Origin: Schmidtea polychroa
Taxonomy: Eukaryota
NCBI GenBank assembly: GCA_044892525.1
Contig: CM097885.1
Coordinates: forward strand, 40,984,001-41,048,000
Direction: 5' to 3'
Length of the DNA: 64,000 nt
Below the pieces are notes generated by a model. The model was not told where the DNA came from and did no database searches. It was given only the letters and a program-made list of their open reading frames with translations. Both the position numbers and the translations under genes were made by a program. Shown here piece by piece: positions 1 through 13,788 of this stretch (its first letter is position 1; every line of letters starts with the position of its first letter).

Positions 1-2694
1 ATATAGAAAAACTAAACAAACATACATTTCATATTTTTTGGTAATATTTTAATTAATTTATGAAAATTATTAATTATCTAAACATTCAATTGTATATGTT
101 TATAATATAATAATAAAGTTAATTTGATAATAATGGAGACTTACAATCACTACAGGCATAACCATCAAAATTACGTATTTTGATAACACTAAACACCTTT
201 AAAATAAATAAAACTATATACTCAAAAACTATATAAAATTATAGCAAATTAATAAATGAATTGCAAAAAAATTTCAACTATTATTTAATCAAATAGCACA
301 AAAATTAATAAATAATGACACAGAATTGCAATAAAAAGAAATTAAATATTTTTAAAATTTTTATTGTTTTAGTTGATGATAACATAAAAGTCTTAGTTTT
401 GTTTTAGTAAAATATTATGTCATTTTTAAGATGTTGTTCTAATCGATGATTACGTCATTAATTTTAAAATTTCATTTTTAGTACACCTTTTTGAATTTAC
501 TCATCATTTTAAATAACTTGAAATATTTGAAATATTTTTATCCAAACAACACATGCTAATAAATTTAAAAAAATTTTGTCTTTAAAAATATTTAACCAAT
601 TACGCAATAGTATATATTCTTTATATTATCTTTGAAACAACTATGTTTAACCTATTATATAAGAAGTTAGGTATAGTTGCATCATTTGCATTTTTATGTT
701 AATAATATTATTTTAGAAATAATAATAATATCTTAAAATATTTTTATTAAAGTGATAATTTTTATGAAATAATTTTAAATAAATTCAATTAATATATCTC
801 CATCTTTTATATGCCACTTCACAGTATTTAGCTCCCATAATCCATTAATGAATAATTTTACCATTTATTTGCACCCATTTGAATTATTAATTTATCATCT
901 AGTAATGAATAATATCCTCACTTTAATGAAGATTCTTACCACCTGAGAATAATATTGTTAATTTTATCAAAGTTTAAAGAATAAGAATTTTTATCAAAAT
1001 TTGTGATAATTTGACTGATTCAAAGATAAATTTGATGGAGTTAATTGGTTTTATTATATATACCCTTAGTTTATCCAACAAGATGTTACTGGGCACTGTT
1101 CATAAGGGTACTGGTCGTAAAGGTACTGGTGTGTTTTAATGATTTTATTTAATCAAATTTTGGTGTTTAAGGCATTCATTGCTTATTTTTTAGAGTTATT
1201 GTTAGTTGGATTTAGTAAATATTCAAGTGAATTTCTATCATTTTGGTGAATTTTTATCATTTTTCTGAATTTCATGTTGATTGAATGAATATTTAATAAT
1301 TTAATGTTTTAATGGTGATTCTAATAAATTTAATTGATAAATTTAATTAATTTCTTTATAATTAGCGGAATTTTATTGACTTGTTTTTAAATAAAAGTTA
1401 GTTTTAATGACAGTTAGCTTAATAATCAAGTGAAAGGATTAATTTAAAATTAATTGGTGAGAGATTGGTTAATGTGGGAATCTTTTGATTATTTAAATGG
1501 ATGATGTTGGTAAGTGAAATTGCAATACATTAGTCAGTTATGAATCAATAATAATCAGAAATTATATCGTTTTATTAGGTTGTGATGGATGCGCTAAATT
1601 AATTTTGATTTATGGTTTAGAACAAATGTTTTATTAATTTTCTATTAATTATCCAGAGTGTAATTAAGGTAATTGACCAATTTATTTGGTTTTCACAATG
1701 AAATATTTGAAATCTTTAGAGATAAGTGGGATTGACATCAACTTTAAATTATTTTTATCTTTTTCGGGTGATTTTAATTAGAAATTATATCGGTTGAATA
1801 TCGGTAAAATATGAACATTTGAAGAAATATATTTTATTGGATGGATAAGTTGAATTTTTCAATGCAACTACTCAGTTATATTGTACAGTAATATTTATTT
1901 TAAATTTCGAGTAGAACAAAAATTTAATTATAACTGATTTTATCAATTGTTCAGAGTTAATGATTTTAGAAGATTTTAGTGAAATATGTGTGATTATAGG
2001 AATTATAGATATAGTTATAGTCATTTAAAGCGGTTTTAAGGAATCTTATTAGTCTGAGGGAATATCAATAAAATATTTATCGATAAAATACTAATCTTTA
2101 AAGACAGAGATATTTCAGGGAAATTTGATTCTTTTTAGATGATTTTATTTGAGAATTCGCTTGGATATAACAAATGATAGAATATTGTCATTTAAATGAA
2201 TTTACTGGTTTATTAGATGTTATCATTAGTTATCATTAGTTATCATTATTTTTCATCCAATTTTTCAAGTGAAGAGGATTTTCTTTTAAAGATCTATTTG
2301 TTAGTACATAGTGGTTGATATTTGTTAGAGTTTAATTGTAGATGATGCTAAGAAGATAGTGTATGTGATGAAGAATATTTTGTATTTAATTACTATTATT
2401 TTTATGTGTTGCTAGTGGGTTGTCGGTACTTGGTATCTAGTTGATAGCATTTTGTTGATAGTGCTTAGTGCTTGGTATCTGGTTGGTTCCTTGTTGTTGT
2501 TGGCTAGTGAGGATGCATTGTTGGTACGAATCAACAATAACTATTTATTGAATATAAGTTTTACTTTGCAATAATAAGTCAGTAGTAATCAATTAAAAGA
2601 AGAATATTTTGTGAATTAGAATTAAAATTATATGGACTTTTATTGTAATTTAAAATATTTTCAATTCCATCTGGTGTTTTGAAGTGGTTGAGTG

Positions 2695-4034
2695 GTCATT
2701 TTGAGAACGAACCATAAAGCTATCACGTTTATGTTATCCACAAAGAAACCAGACAATGATTAACTACCTCAGTAGTCTGGATATTATAATAGAATATAGA
2801 AAAAGTACTTATCATGCAAATGCAGATATGTTGTCAAGCAGTACATGTGGAACATGTTCACAATGTTTATTGGCACACGAAAACGCGAAAGTGGAAAGAA
2901 TGAAAACCCGAAGAATAAACACGATGGAAAAAGCTGATGATTATAAGTGGCAAAAATATAATACAGAAATAGAACAAATGAAAAAAGAAATAGCACAAGG
3001 TTCAAGTTGGAAATTTATACTGGTAGACAACGTGGTGAAAACTATAGAGGGTAAGATATGGATACCTAGAGACAAAAAACAAGAAATGATAAAAAGTATG
3101 CATATTTTGCTCTCACACGCAGGAGCTGAAAAGGTGACAAAATATGTAGCGGACAATTAAGATATGGGAGACATAAAAAAATCAGTAAAAGAAACAATTG
3201 GACAATGTGAGGCATGTCAATGAACGAAATTATTGACAACATAGATGAAGAAAGAGACAATAAAACTGACAGCAGAGAAGCCGTGGGAGAAAGTGTACAT
3301 TGATATATGTGGCCTATTACCGGACACATTCAGAAAGAAAAGATATATAGTCGCAATTATTGATCAATTTAGCAGATATATCTCTCTTACTGCTGTCGCT
3401 AAACAGGATGAAGAAACGGTGAAGGAAACAATACTACAAAAATGGATTCTTAGATTTAGAGCACCAAAGGAAATTCACACAGATTGTGGAAAAGTATTTG
3501 AATCTAAGACGATGAATGATTTTACAAAATCAATGGGAATTAGACGATGCTTTTCAAGTCCATACCACCTTAATACAAATGGTGTGATAGAACGTCAATT
3601 TAAGACAATAAGAGACTATATAAATGCATCATTAAAAGAAAAAGGTAGAGCAGATTGGGCAGAGATCATACCAGAGATTGCAATTATCATGAATGCAACA
3701 TTTCAGAAATCAATTGGAAGTAGTCCGGCAGAAGTAATAATTGGAAGAAAAATTGCGCGAGAACAATTTCATAGTAAAGCGACGATTTCACAAAAAGAAG
3801 ACACACGAGAAACAACGCAAACAAAAAGATCATTGGCGATTAGGTCTGGTAAAAGTCGAATCAAGAACCAAAGACAAGGAAAGATACGAAGGGCCATACA
3901 GAATAATGCAGAAGATTCATGATCGGCGATATCTGCTACAAGACCAAAGTGTTAAAATACTTCAAAGAAATGTTGAAAAGATAAAGAAATTTCTTAAAGA
4001 AGGGGGATGTGAGGTGTTTTCAGCTCAGAATTAA
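2695..4034 (+). mobile_element. Ty3/Gypsy LTR retrotransposon pol 3' fragment (RNase H end, integrase zinc finger and core), disrupted by stops and frameshifts
   Basis: VILRTNHKAITF (RNase H); HILLSHAG...CEAC (HHCC finger); PWEKVYIDICG, IIDQFSRY, PKEIHTDCG, SSPYHLNTNGVIER (integrase core); YEGPYRI (GPY/F motif). Confidence 0.92.
3996..4007 (+). promoter_or_regulatory. Polypurine tract of the Gypsy element; the 3' LTR would begin with TG at 4008
   Basis: aaagaaggggga immediately followed by tgtgagg at the end of integrase. Confidence 0.75.
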
Positions 4035-4289
4035 ATATTTCAATGATTTATTAAAATAATTTTAAATGATAAATAATTTTAAAGTATTTTTTAAATTGAA
4101 TATTTTAAATTGAAATTTTTAAATTAAAAAATTAGACAAGCTTTTATTAGTAAATCATTTTAAAATAAATATATTTTAAATATCGAAATTTTAATAAATA
4201 GTTTTTGAAATATTTTATTCTAGCCTGAAATTATTTCGTTAACTTTTGAATCGGATTTACAAAAAAAATGTAAAAGATGTGTTAGCAGC

Positions 4290-5045
4290 TTCTAATAACG
4301 TGACTCATTGATGAATCATCAAGTCCATTCTATGTTTAATAACAAAGACAAATACCTCTATTTTAGCAATATTTCTATTCTATTTTTAGTAACATTATTG
4401 ATCCGATGACCATCAATGTCAACCAAGGACACATGACTCATCATATATGACTAATCAACAAAGACATTTAAACAAGGATATTTAAACAAAGACATTAAAC
4501 CAAAGACAATGACTCATCATTTTTAAACAAAGACATTTAAACAAGGACATTTAAATAAAGACATTTAAACATAAATGATGACGCATTGATGACTCGTCGT
4601 TTAACTAAATGGAGTACTTTTTTTACTTTTTTTTGCACTACGCCCCCCCCCCCGAGATTTTTTTTTAATTTGCGGTGACTAATCAAGTTCACCTGACTCC
4701 TCGCGATGGCTTATCGATGCCTCAACAATGTCATTCTATTTTAGTAACAAGGTCACGTGACTCATCGATCACGCATCAAGGTCATTCTGTTTTTAGTAAC
4801 AAAGACAAAAACATCTATTTTTAGTAACATTTTGGATCCGATGATTCACCAAGGACATTCAAGGTCACATGACTCATCAAGGTCATGCAAGGACACGTGA
4901 CTCATCATTTTTTAAACATAAACATTTAAACAAAGACAATTAAACAATGACAATGACTTATTGATGACTCATCGTTTAAATAAGGTGGTACTTTTTGTCT
5001 TTTTTGCACTACCATCCTTGTATGACTCATCGATGACTCATCCTT
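4290..5045. repeat. Complex tandem/duplicated repeat rich in TGACTCA(TC), CAAGGTCA and aaacaaagacattt units
   Basis: At least nine TGACTCA copies; 4290-4650 is loosely duplicated at ~4750-5020 (shared ttttagtaaca, gatccgatga, ggacacatgactcatc, tttttgcactac). Confidence 0.8.
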
Positions 5046-5764
5046 ATTAGAACAAATGCATCATCTATCTTTTGGAACAACGACTTCTTTTTTGGTAAAC
5101 CAAAAATTATTGTATTCGATAATATGTCGCTTCAGAATAATAATAATTATAATATTAATAATAATAATTATAAAGATATTTATAATAATAATAATAATAA
5201 CATACCCATTTCTTCATAAAAATTGGTTTCATAAAAATTTTTTGTAGATAATGGTCTATTTTTTTTTGTAAATTTTTTTGTCCCTTTTCACAGGTCTGAT
5301 CGGGATTTAAGTGTAATCATGTATAGGCAGAATTTTATTATCTACAAATTGCCGGTATTGCAATTTCAGTTTGTCGCTTTGTGTGTAATACCCACATGCT
5401 TTTACGATAACTTTGTATTTTTTATAGGGTTATTGTAATTTTCTTGCGATTTTATTCATATATTATATGGATTAAATGACTTGATTAATAATTATGTATC
5501 TTGTTTAGTATGTAATACACACATGTTTTTTACGATACATTTGTATTTTTCACATAGTTAAAGTAACTTTTAAAGTTTATATTTACATAATGTATAGTTA
5601 AAATTTAATTTTAATGGTTTGATTCATGTTTTTATATATGTTACCCGTATGTTTTGTATGATAAATTGTTATTTTTATACTTTTTAGAATATTTTATTCA
5701 CATGTTACAACTTTATTTAAAAATAAATTATTTGATTAGAATTGGTATATGTCATATATTACAT

Positions 5765-6432
5765 CATTGGTTCCCAAACTTATCTGATCTACAGCCCACT
5801 TTTCACAAAAATATTAATCAGCGCCCCCTGGATTTTTTCAACTTTAATAGCATTTAAGCAGAAATATATATTCGTTGCATATTCTAAAAGAATCTGATTG
5901 ATCAGAAAAGGAAAGTGATTGCCAGATGGGGAATAATTAACAAATATGGAAAGTAATGATCAATATAGGTAATGATGGTACTAATAAGAAAGTTAGAGAT
6001 TAGTAAAAAAGGAGGTTATATAATATAGACATATCTCTTTCGACGCTCAATCGTACTGAACAAGTTAGGACAAGTATCGATGAAGCAGCTGATAGCTACT
6101 GGATTTGTCCAATAGCGTTTTTTAACAGAAACGTGTTACAACTTGATTGCGTACGGCTTGCGGGCTATCCTACGAAATCAATGTTAAGTATTTTAAGTTT
6201 TTATACCATCATACAGGGTGAAATATAAACTAATTATTCGTTTTTGTGTAGTAGGTTGGTTTTAATTTTAATGAAATTTAAAATATAAAGTAAATGAAAT
6301 TACAAATCTACCATCTCGATCTTAACCCACGTCAACGCCCCCCCCCGCGTCATTTTATTCTGGGCCGATTGCCGTCCCCTCTAGGTATCGAACACTCATA
6401 AGGGGACATTATCGCCCACTTTGCGAAAGACT
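5765..6432. mobile_element. Degenerate non-autonomous hAT (Charlie/Buster-like) element
   Basis: Left end cattggttcccaaact and right end cgcccactttgcgaaagact resemble CAGTGGTTCCCAAA-type TIRs; no intact TSD found. Confidence 0.45.
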
Positions 6433-7378
6433 TCCCTAACAGTATATTTTTCAAATAAAATTGATCATTTAAATAATTCTTCTCAATCATTTCAAAATTA
6501 ATTAGTGTTCCTAATGATTTTAGTAAAAAAGTTAAATATTCTAATTCAAAATATTTTACTCATGCATAATTCAAATAAATATTTTTTAATATCGTCATAT
6601 AAGAATGTTCATTGTTTTAGTCAAATAACAAATAACGTCTTAAATATAATTTTTTTATAATTAAAGTATCAATAAATAAAAAATTTATTCTACATGAATT
6701 CTATTTAAAATACACATTATGGATCCAAATTATTATAAATAAATAAAAACATATAATACTTGTTTGATTTTGAGCATTACATATAATTATACATAATTAA
6801 AAATAATTAAAAAATTGAATTTTATTTTTAAATTCTAGAAAGTATTAGGAAAAGTGTCAAAAATCCAATATAATTAAAAGATATCCATAATAACTATGAG
6901 AAACTACAACAATCAAGTCTCAGTCATAACAAAAGAATTATTTATCCAAAATAACCATTATTAAAACAATAATCTTTGAGACATAATAATTTTGATATCA
7001 ACAATCTTAACAGACATTTAAAAAAATTTCTAACAAAGAAAAAATTAACTAACAAAATTTGAAATTAATTGATATTTAAAGTTCTAAACATATTTTTTAT
7101 TTAAAATTCCATAAATCTAAATATGTAATAACTTTATAAATAGTTTACATATTAATTTTACAATAATTTTGATTTAAATTTTAAGTTTGTAAATGTTTAT
7201 CATCGTAATTGTTAATTTTCCAAATTTGTTTTTCTAGTGTAACTGAACTATACTTCAAGGTCATTAAACTGTTTTAAGTTAAAATTTTATTAATGTATTA
7301 AATCTATTTTAAGTTTACATTATAATTGAAATTTTTTTTTCTCTTTTATCACTTTCATTATTAATTTTAATTTCCAAA

Positions 7379-7529
7379 ATGAATTTCGACAAAGATGAAT
7401 TAATATCTAACGAAGTCTATAATCGTTTCTCAAATATCAAACCACTGGATTCAAATAAAACCGATGAAGAATATCAGGATAATGCGACCATTTCCGCGGT
7501 TTTTGTCGTTTCGTTCGATCACAAAAAAG
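7379..7529 (+). CDS. DENND11: DENND11/LCHN-like DENN domain protein, exon 1
   Basis: ATG at 7379; ...ISAVFVVSFDHKK(G) matches the uDENN start; GT donor at 7530 (phase 1). Confidence 0.9.
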
Positions 7530-9076
7530 GTTGGAAATTAAAATTTTTGTTGGCATTATTTAATTCACTGAATTCAGTATTATAAAAAAGTTTAATCACA
7601 ATTAATCATTTCATTACTAAAATGTATCTCATTTGACACCATAATTTATTTATAAATTTCTTTCAAAAATATTTAATAATTAATTAAATTATGAAAATTC
7701 AGATGTTGAAATATGCATATCATATTTCAAGAAATGCAAACATTTTTTTGGCTAATTAAATGGATTTGATTAATTGGAAATTGATTTTGTTTGAATTATT
7801 AATTTCCATTTGAATCTGACAGTGAAATATTCTTATCAATTAATCGTTACTATATTAATTATGAAATGATAGTGAAATAATAAATGTTAATCATATTATT
7901 AAATATTACAGCCGCAATTTCACAGTTGGCCATCTGATTCACGTGATTTAAAAATTGAAATTTTTATATTTACTATTTCAACTAACGCATGTGTGAATTT
8001 TTTCATAATTGAATTGAAATAAAATTTTACGTCTCTTTTATGTTTGATTTTAGAATGTATTTAATACATTTATCTAAACTGAAAACCGTCTTTATACAAA
8101 CAATAAAAATTACAAATGAATAATAAAACATAAATGATTGAAGAAATAATTTGATTAAAATTAGAAATATAATTAATTTCCTAATGAATAATTGATTTTT
8201 ATTGATTTTTATTCTGAAAATATGTTAGTAAATCAATCAATTACGTTTATTAAATTTTATTTTTAATTTTAATTTCTATAATTTTATTTATTTTTTGATT
8301 ATAAAAAAAAATTAATAAAATTTATCAATAATTATTTTTAATTAAAAAAAATTTTATTTAATATTTAATCAATATTTTTGTTAATTAATCATTTTAAAAT
8401 TTATAATTATATTTTATAATTCTAGTAATTACTAGCAATTACTTTATTCTATTTTCTGTATATGAATTTTATCCATTGCCACATTGCTGGCATTACTTTT
8501 TATCATTTGGTGTATATTTAAAAATTAGAATCTTTCCTTTTCGTTCTGATCTTATGTTCGTATGACAATTAACCCGCTGAGCCTTTTCTTCTGTTTAAAT
8601 CTACTGACACTTTCACTTGTGGGGCCATTATCTGAGCTTTATTTTTCAAGTTTAATTTGAATCTTTTAATCTGAGTTCACTGTGCAGAATCCGTGCGACT
8701 GGCACTGGCATAGAAATGGGGCCATCTTCATGAATTTAGGTTGAGAAATGCATTGTCGAGATGGTCGGTCGAATTCATTCGCATGTATATTATAAAAATT
8801 TAATTTAATTGAAAAAAATAATAATAAATTTACTTCTACAATAGTCGTGCTTAGTTTTACGTCGGCGAGAACTACATTTTATCAAATTTATTGTGTCAAA
8901 CAAAGATTTTGTGTATATATTTGTGGAAAGGATTTTGGAAATAAAACTATAAAATTTTATAAATTGTTAGATTTTGTTCACTTAAATAAGGACGCGAGAA
9001 GTCATAAGAGGTCATTCTATCGAAATTATTAGGAAACTCACCAATCTTAATATTTTCTTGCTTCAAACAAGTTTTG

Positions 9077-9140
<64 letters not shown>

Positions 9141-9167
9141 GAATAAGAATAAGAATAATAATAATAA
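9077..9167. repeat. (AAT)n microsatellite with AAGAAT interruptions
   Basis: Direct reading. Confidence 0.95.
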
Positions 9168-9212
9168 TGGGATTATAATGATGATTGTGATATATCAATA
9201 TAAATTTGGCAG

Positions 9213-9312
9213 GAAATATTCTTGAGTGGTGCATGCCAGGGGATTTAAATTATACTGGCATAGAGTTCAAGGCATTAGTCAGCGGATCCCATCATGTTAA
9301 ATCAGATTTTGT
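9213..9312 (+). CDS. DENND11: DENND11-like exon 2
   Basis: cag|...|gtaagt; GNILEWCMPGDLNYTGIEFKALVSGSHHVKSDF(V), matching the LCHN GNxxEW...VEFK...SGSH...DF motif. Confidence 0.95.
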
Positions 9313-9368
9313 GTAAGTTGAGAATTTGAGTGAAAAAATCTTAAATTGGCTTTTTTGTTTAAATAAAG

Positions 9369-9530
9369 GTATTTCAGACAATATCAGTTTTATGGCGTAG
9401 GTTGTTTTGCATTACGGCCACTGAAAGAAGGAGATGGTGAAAGAGGAGTACGAATGAAAACGGTGGGAATTCTATCCAACTCATACTCGAATCTCCATCA
9501 ACACATTGAATTCCTCGATTCAACAGTAAG
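9369..9530 (+). CDS. DENND11: DENND11-like exon 3
   Basis: Follows a 56-nt intron; YFRQYQFYGVGCFALRPLKEGDGERGVRMKTVGILSNSYSNLHQHIEFLDSTV(R), with the ERGxRMKxVGIL motif. Confidence 0.95.
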
Positions 9531-10263
9531 GTAAATTGGTTATTGTTTGTCATGCGACTCGAGCGCAAATTTTTAAAAAAATATTATCAATTTCCTTAAT
9601 TTGATTGGTTGAAATATTTCTATTTTTAGACATTTTTTTGGATAACTTGCTTATCATGTTGCACTGTTATTATTTTGAGTGGTAAAATTAAAATAGGAAA
9701 ATTTTCCCTTTTGATTGAATTCCTCAAAATTTAAAAATCAACATTTTAGTTTTAATAGATTTTTTTTATTGAGAGAAAATTGAATAAAAATGTCATTAAA
9801 TATTTATGTATCTGTTTTATTTATTAAGTAGTAAAACAATATAATTTTAATACAATAAAATTTTGACTATAAAGAATTTTTTAGTATAATAGAATTTAGT
9901 AAATTTTAATAAATATTTATAAAATGAAATTTAGTTTATTATTATTTATATGCTTTTAGCACAAAGGAATGGAAATTAAATTTAGTCATTCAAATGAATT
10001 ATATGTGAAAAATAAATATAAATTAAATTAGTTTTATAGAAGTTTATTAAAGTCTTTGTTAAATCTTGAACGGACATTGTTTATAGATCCAATGAACCAT
10101 AAACCATGGTATTCGTCATTGGAATTATTTCGAAATAGGATGCTTCTACTCAAATTTATTTTCTTTGATCTATGTCAAATAATTTTTCATCAATATTTCC
10201 GTTGATATTTTCATCTTCTATTATCATTATTTCCATAGCGGTTGCTCCACTATAGTCCAAATC

Positions 10264-10849
10264 TAAGGTGACCAAACGTTTGGGACAGTGCCGATTTTTC
10301 ACGATTTATCCCGCTTCCCGCAACGTTTTTCAAAAGTCCCGACTTTTAAAATTAAGTTAAATTTTATATTTATGAAAATCATTGTTTTGCATTCTAAGAA
10401 TCCTACGGACTACTAAGACTAACATATTGCTCTTCTTACCCAGTTACATTGTATTTGTTTCTCAGATGATACACTTCGTGTTCGTACTGCGTGCTAGGAA
10501 GCTAATTAAACAAATAAATATTACAAATCTGCTACTTACCATAGAAAATCAAGGTAAGTAATTTATTTATATATTTCGTAATCTTCAATTTTATATTGAT
10601 AACAAAAAGTATATCACTGACCCTAATCTTAAAAGAAATTTGAGAAAGAAATATAAAAATAAAATTTTGCAAATGTTTTAAGTTAATCATACAATAAAAT
10701 ATTATAAAATTTTTTATATTTATAAATTGTACTTATGTTAAAAATCAAAATTTATTACCATATTATTTTTATTCTATATAAACATTTTTGTTGAAACCCC
10801 CTCCTTCAAAGTTGTCCCGCTTTGCCCATCTAAAAATCTGGTCACCTTA
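10264..10849. mobile_element. Non-autonomous hAT MITE (Blackjack-like termini)
   Basis: Perfect 11-bp TIR TAAGGTGACCA/TGGTCACCTTA; perfect 8-bp TSD TCCAAATC (10256-10263 and 10850-10857); subterminal gtcccg motifs. Confidence 0.9.
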
Positions 10850-10968
10850 TCCAAATCACATACTCATTTGATGTCGAACCATAATTTATGCCATTCAGAG
10901 CAAGAATTATGTTTATTTAGAAAATGTTACAAACCTTTGTGAAACCAGTGTAAAATCGACCATCTTAA

Positions 10969-12147
10969 CCGTTTGCGGACGGAATTAATTTTAATAAGTA
11001 GTATTTTGATAAGTAGTATTATTTTTTAGCATAAAATCTTTTAGTATACGAATGCCCGATATCGTGGTATGATTTTTTTAAAGTTTGGCCAGCTTATACA
11101 TTTGTTGAGGATAAATTATAAAGAAATAAATAAAAATTACCTGGGGGAAGATCGCCATGACAAACGGGACGATCTAATGGAATTTAGAAAAGAAAACGGA
11201 AGTAAAAAGAAATTAAAAATGAGAAAGATAAAGGAAATAAAAGGAATCAAACAGAAAATAAAAACCAAGGCCAGTACTAATTAATTAGTTAAAAAAGGAA
11301 AAGGAATTTTGAAATCGGGGAGAAAGGAAAACAACAATATTCTTATCTCGGCAGCTTGCCAGTGATGACAGAATTAATGGGAGAAGGCGGTCAAACCTGA
11401 CAGCTGAAAGAAAATGGAAAAACACTTGATTATCTGAAGTGCCACAAGAGAAGTAAACTATATAAGGGAAAACTGGTAGAACAAAAAGAGAACAAATTTA
11501 GAGATAAAATAAGAGACAAGAAGTGACGCGAATTCGAGAGACAATTTGTGAGACACGTAAAAGACAATTTAAGAGATAAAAGTGTTAGAGAAATTAGACA
11601 ACGTCGGACGAAACGTTGTTGGAGAAACGACTGTGAAAAGAATTGTAAAGAAAATAATTGTGAGTAAAACGTATTGGAGAAGATTTGAGTCAAAGAATTT
11701 GTTGAAAAATTAAATGAAAAGAAGTTACTTAATTAGTTGAATAAACTTGTGAAGAAGGTCAAAGAAAACAACCAGCTCAAAGTCCCAGTTGACAAACCAA
11801 TCAGTAATTTGCAATCTTTTAATCCGATGTTATACGCAAGTGCTATTCCTCACCGAGTGTTGTAATAAGCATTGTATAATCACCAATCAGAGTGTTAAAT
11901 TTATTGTCAGTGTAGAGAGAAAGATTATTTGTGATTATCAATAAAGATTTCTGTTGTCAAGTGTTATTTATGAATCGTATAAAGACACGCTTGGAGTCAG
12001 AGTTACATTTAAATTTATCACCAACTCAATAACCCAACACATTGTAGAACGTCTGGAACAAAATTCGTGACCAGCAGCGTTGGCCTACCGTCCGCCATCG
12101 TATAAGCCATTTAAGGCCAGCACTGCTGGCCTACCGTCCATAAACGG
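10969..12147. mobile_element. piggyBac-like non-autonomous element interrupted by a solo LTR
   Basis: ttaa|CCGTTTGCGGACGG ... CCGTCCATAAACGG|ttga (TTAA TSD with one side mutated); duplicated subterminal tggcctaccgtcc. Confidence 0.7.
11103..12039 (+). mobile_element. Solo LTR (Gypsy-like), 937 bp
   Basis: TGTTG...CAACA termini; 4-bp TSD CATT on both sides; AATAAA near 11940; a second copy lies at 27881-28574 on the minus strand. Confidence 0.85.
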
Positions 12148-13788
12148 TTGATTCAAACAATTATAAATCACGCCAAAAGCATAATATTAAAATTTTTTAT
12201 TTCAAATCCAAAATAAAACTCATAAATTTTAGTAATGCATTTCCAATTCATTACTAAAGGCCTTTTCATTAAAACAAAAATTATTAATTGTTCTTATAAA
12301 TTCACTAAACATTCAATACTTTTTCAGTCAGGATTGACCAGTTTTTATAGGCTAACAAACCATTTTTTGGATAAAAAATTTATCCTATTTGCTGTCCAAT
12401 TCGATACATTATTTTATATAATAATTTTTTTGAAATTCTGTAACAATGCAAGAGTAGATCGTCAACGTCGACTTGCCATCTTAAATAACAATTTCGAAAT
12501 TTTTACTTACTGATAAAGAAAAAATGCTTTGAAAAACTCCAATAAACTAAATTTCACAGTTTGGTAAGACCAAATTGATTTGGAATAATCTATTCAGAAG
12601 AACATGGCAAGAAAAAGATAAAAATGATCTTTTTAATCAATTTTTTGTTTTAAATTTACTAGAAAAAGCTATCAGTATACTTTCATTTATCAGTTATAGT
12701 CATTAATTTTAATTCTAAAGAATGAATTTTTTAATAATTACTTTAAATAGAAATTCAACGAATTATTTTCATTCAAGTGAACGGAATAGAATTATTGAGG
12801 CTCAGAAACTTTATCTTTTCATTTGATTCAAATAAACATAATTTACGTAGGCATCCAATATTTCTTTTAAGTTTGTTTTTAGGACACGGATTTCAGAGGA
12901 AACCGCCGTTTCCCATCTTTTCAACTTACAATGAATTTATAGAATTTTAACTATCTTAATTATTTCCTGTAGCATTTGTTATATTTTCATTCATGCCTTA
13001 ATTTACTAATGGAAATTATTTCAATTTTTGAAATAATAAAATTTACAGCCTGAATTATTTATTGAGTTTTTCTTGTAAAATTTTTTTATTTTTCCATAAA
13101 AATATCGATAAATTTAATTTTAAAACCATAACATTTCTTCTGATGTCATTTTAAATCTGAGAATTTTAAAAATCTTTACTTTTTAAAAGCCCTTAAAGGG
13201 CATTTTTTAGGAAATTGTATTCTGTGACAAACAAACGAGAGTACTCTAAAAAACCATGGAGTAGATCAGTAGGAAAATGAAAAAATCTAAAATCTGACTA
13301 GAAATTTTTTTATTCCTAATTCTAATCTTTGTTGAAAAATATTTATATCAAAATTCCATAATTTTTGTTGATTTAAGCACACGTAACTCAAATGCAATAT
13401 ATTAAAAGTCACCGTTTTGTCGGAACTCATCGTATTTAAAACATCCATTATTAAATAATGATTTTATATAAAAAATTCCAATAATATAATATCTATTAAA
13501 AAATAATATTATTTAAACAAAGCTTGCAATACTCCACAATTATTCAATACAACATACCATTAATTAGTTTATTTATATTTAAAATAATTTTATTTATAAA
13601 ATTTTATTGTTTCAAAAATTATAAGAACTTTTTTTTCCAATTTCACCAATGATTTTTTTCCATTGTATTTATTAAAAAGAGCTTGAAGATTATAAATTGT
13701 TTAAAAATCTAAATCCACTTAATTTTTTTTATAATATTTATTCAATCAGTATAAATTAATTATTAATTAAATTTTAAAACAATTAAAT

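Noticed and set aside
4290..5045. Possible CRISPR-like array
   Set aside because: The context is eukaryotic, the repeats are irregular and degenerate, there are no unique constant-length spacers and no cas genes.
8947..9234. Poly-Ile/poly-Leu ORFs here and at 5056, 54013, 59068 and 59076; poly-IY ORFs at 21690 and 35245
   Set aside because: These are translations of (AAT)n or (AT)n microsatellites.
11069..11693. Lys-rich and Ser/Leu-rich ORFs
   Set aside because: They lie inside the purine-rich solo LTR and are not kept in the second copy.
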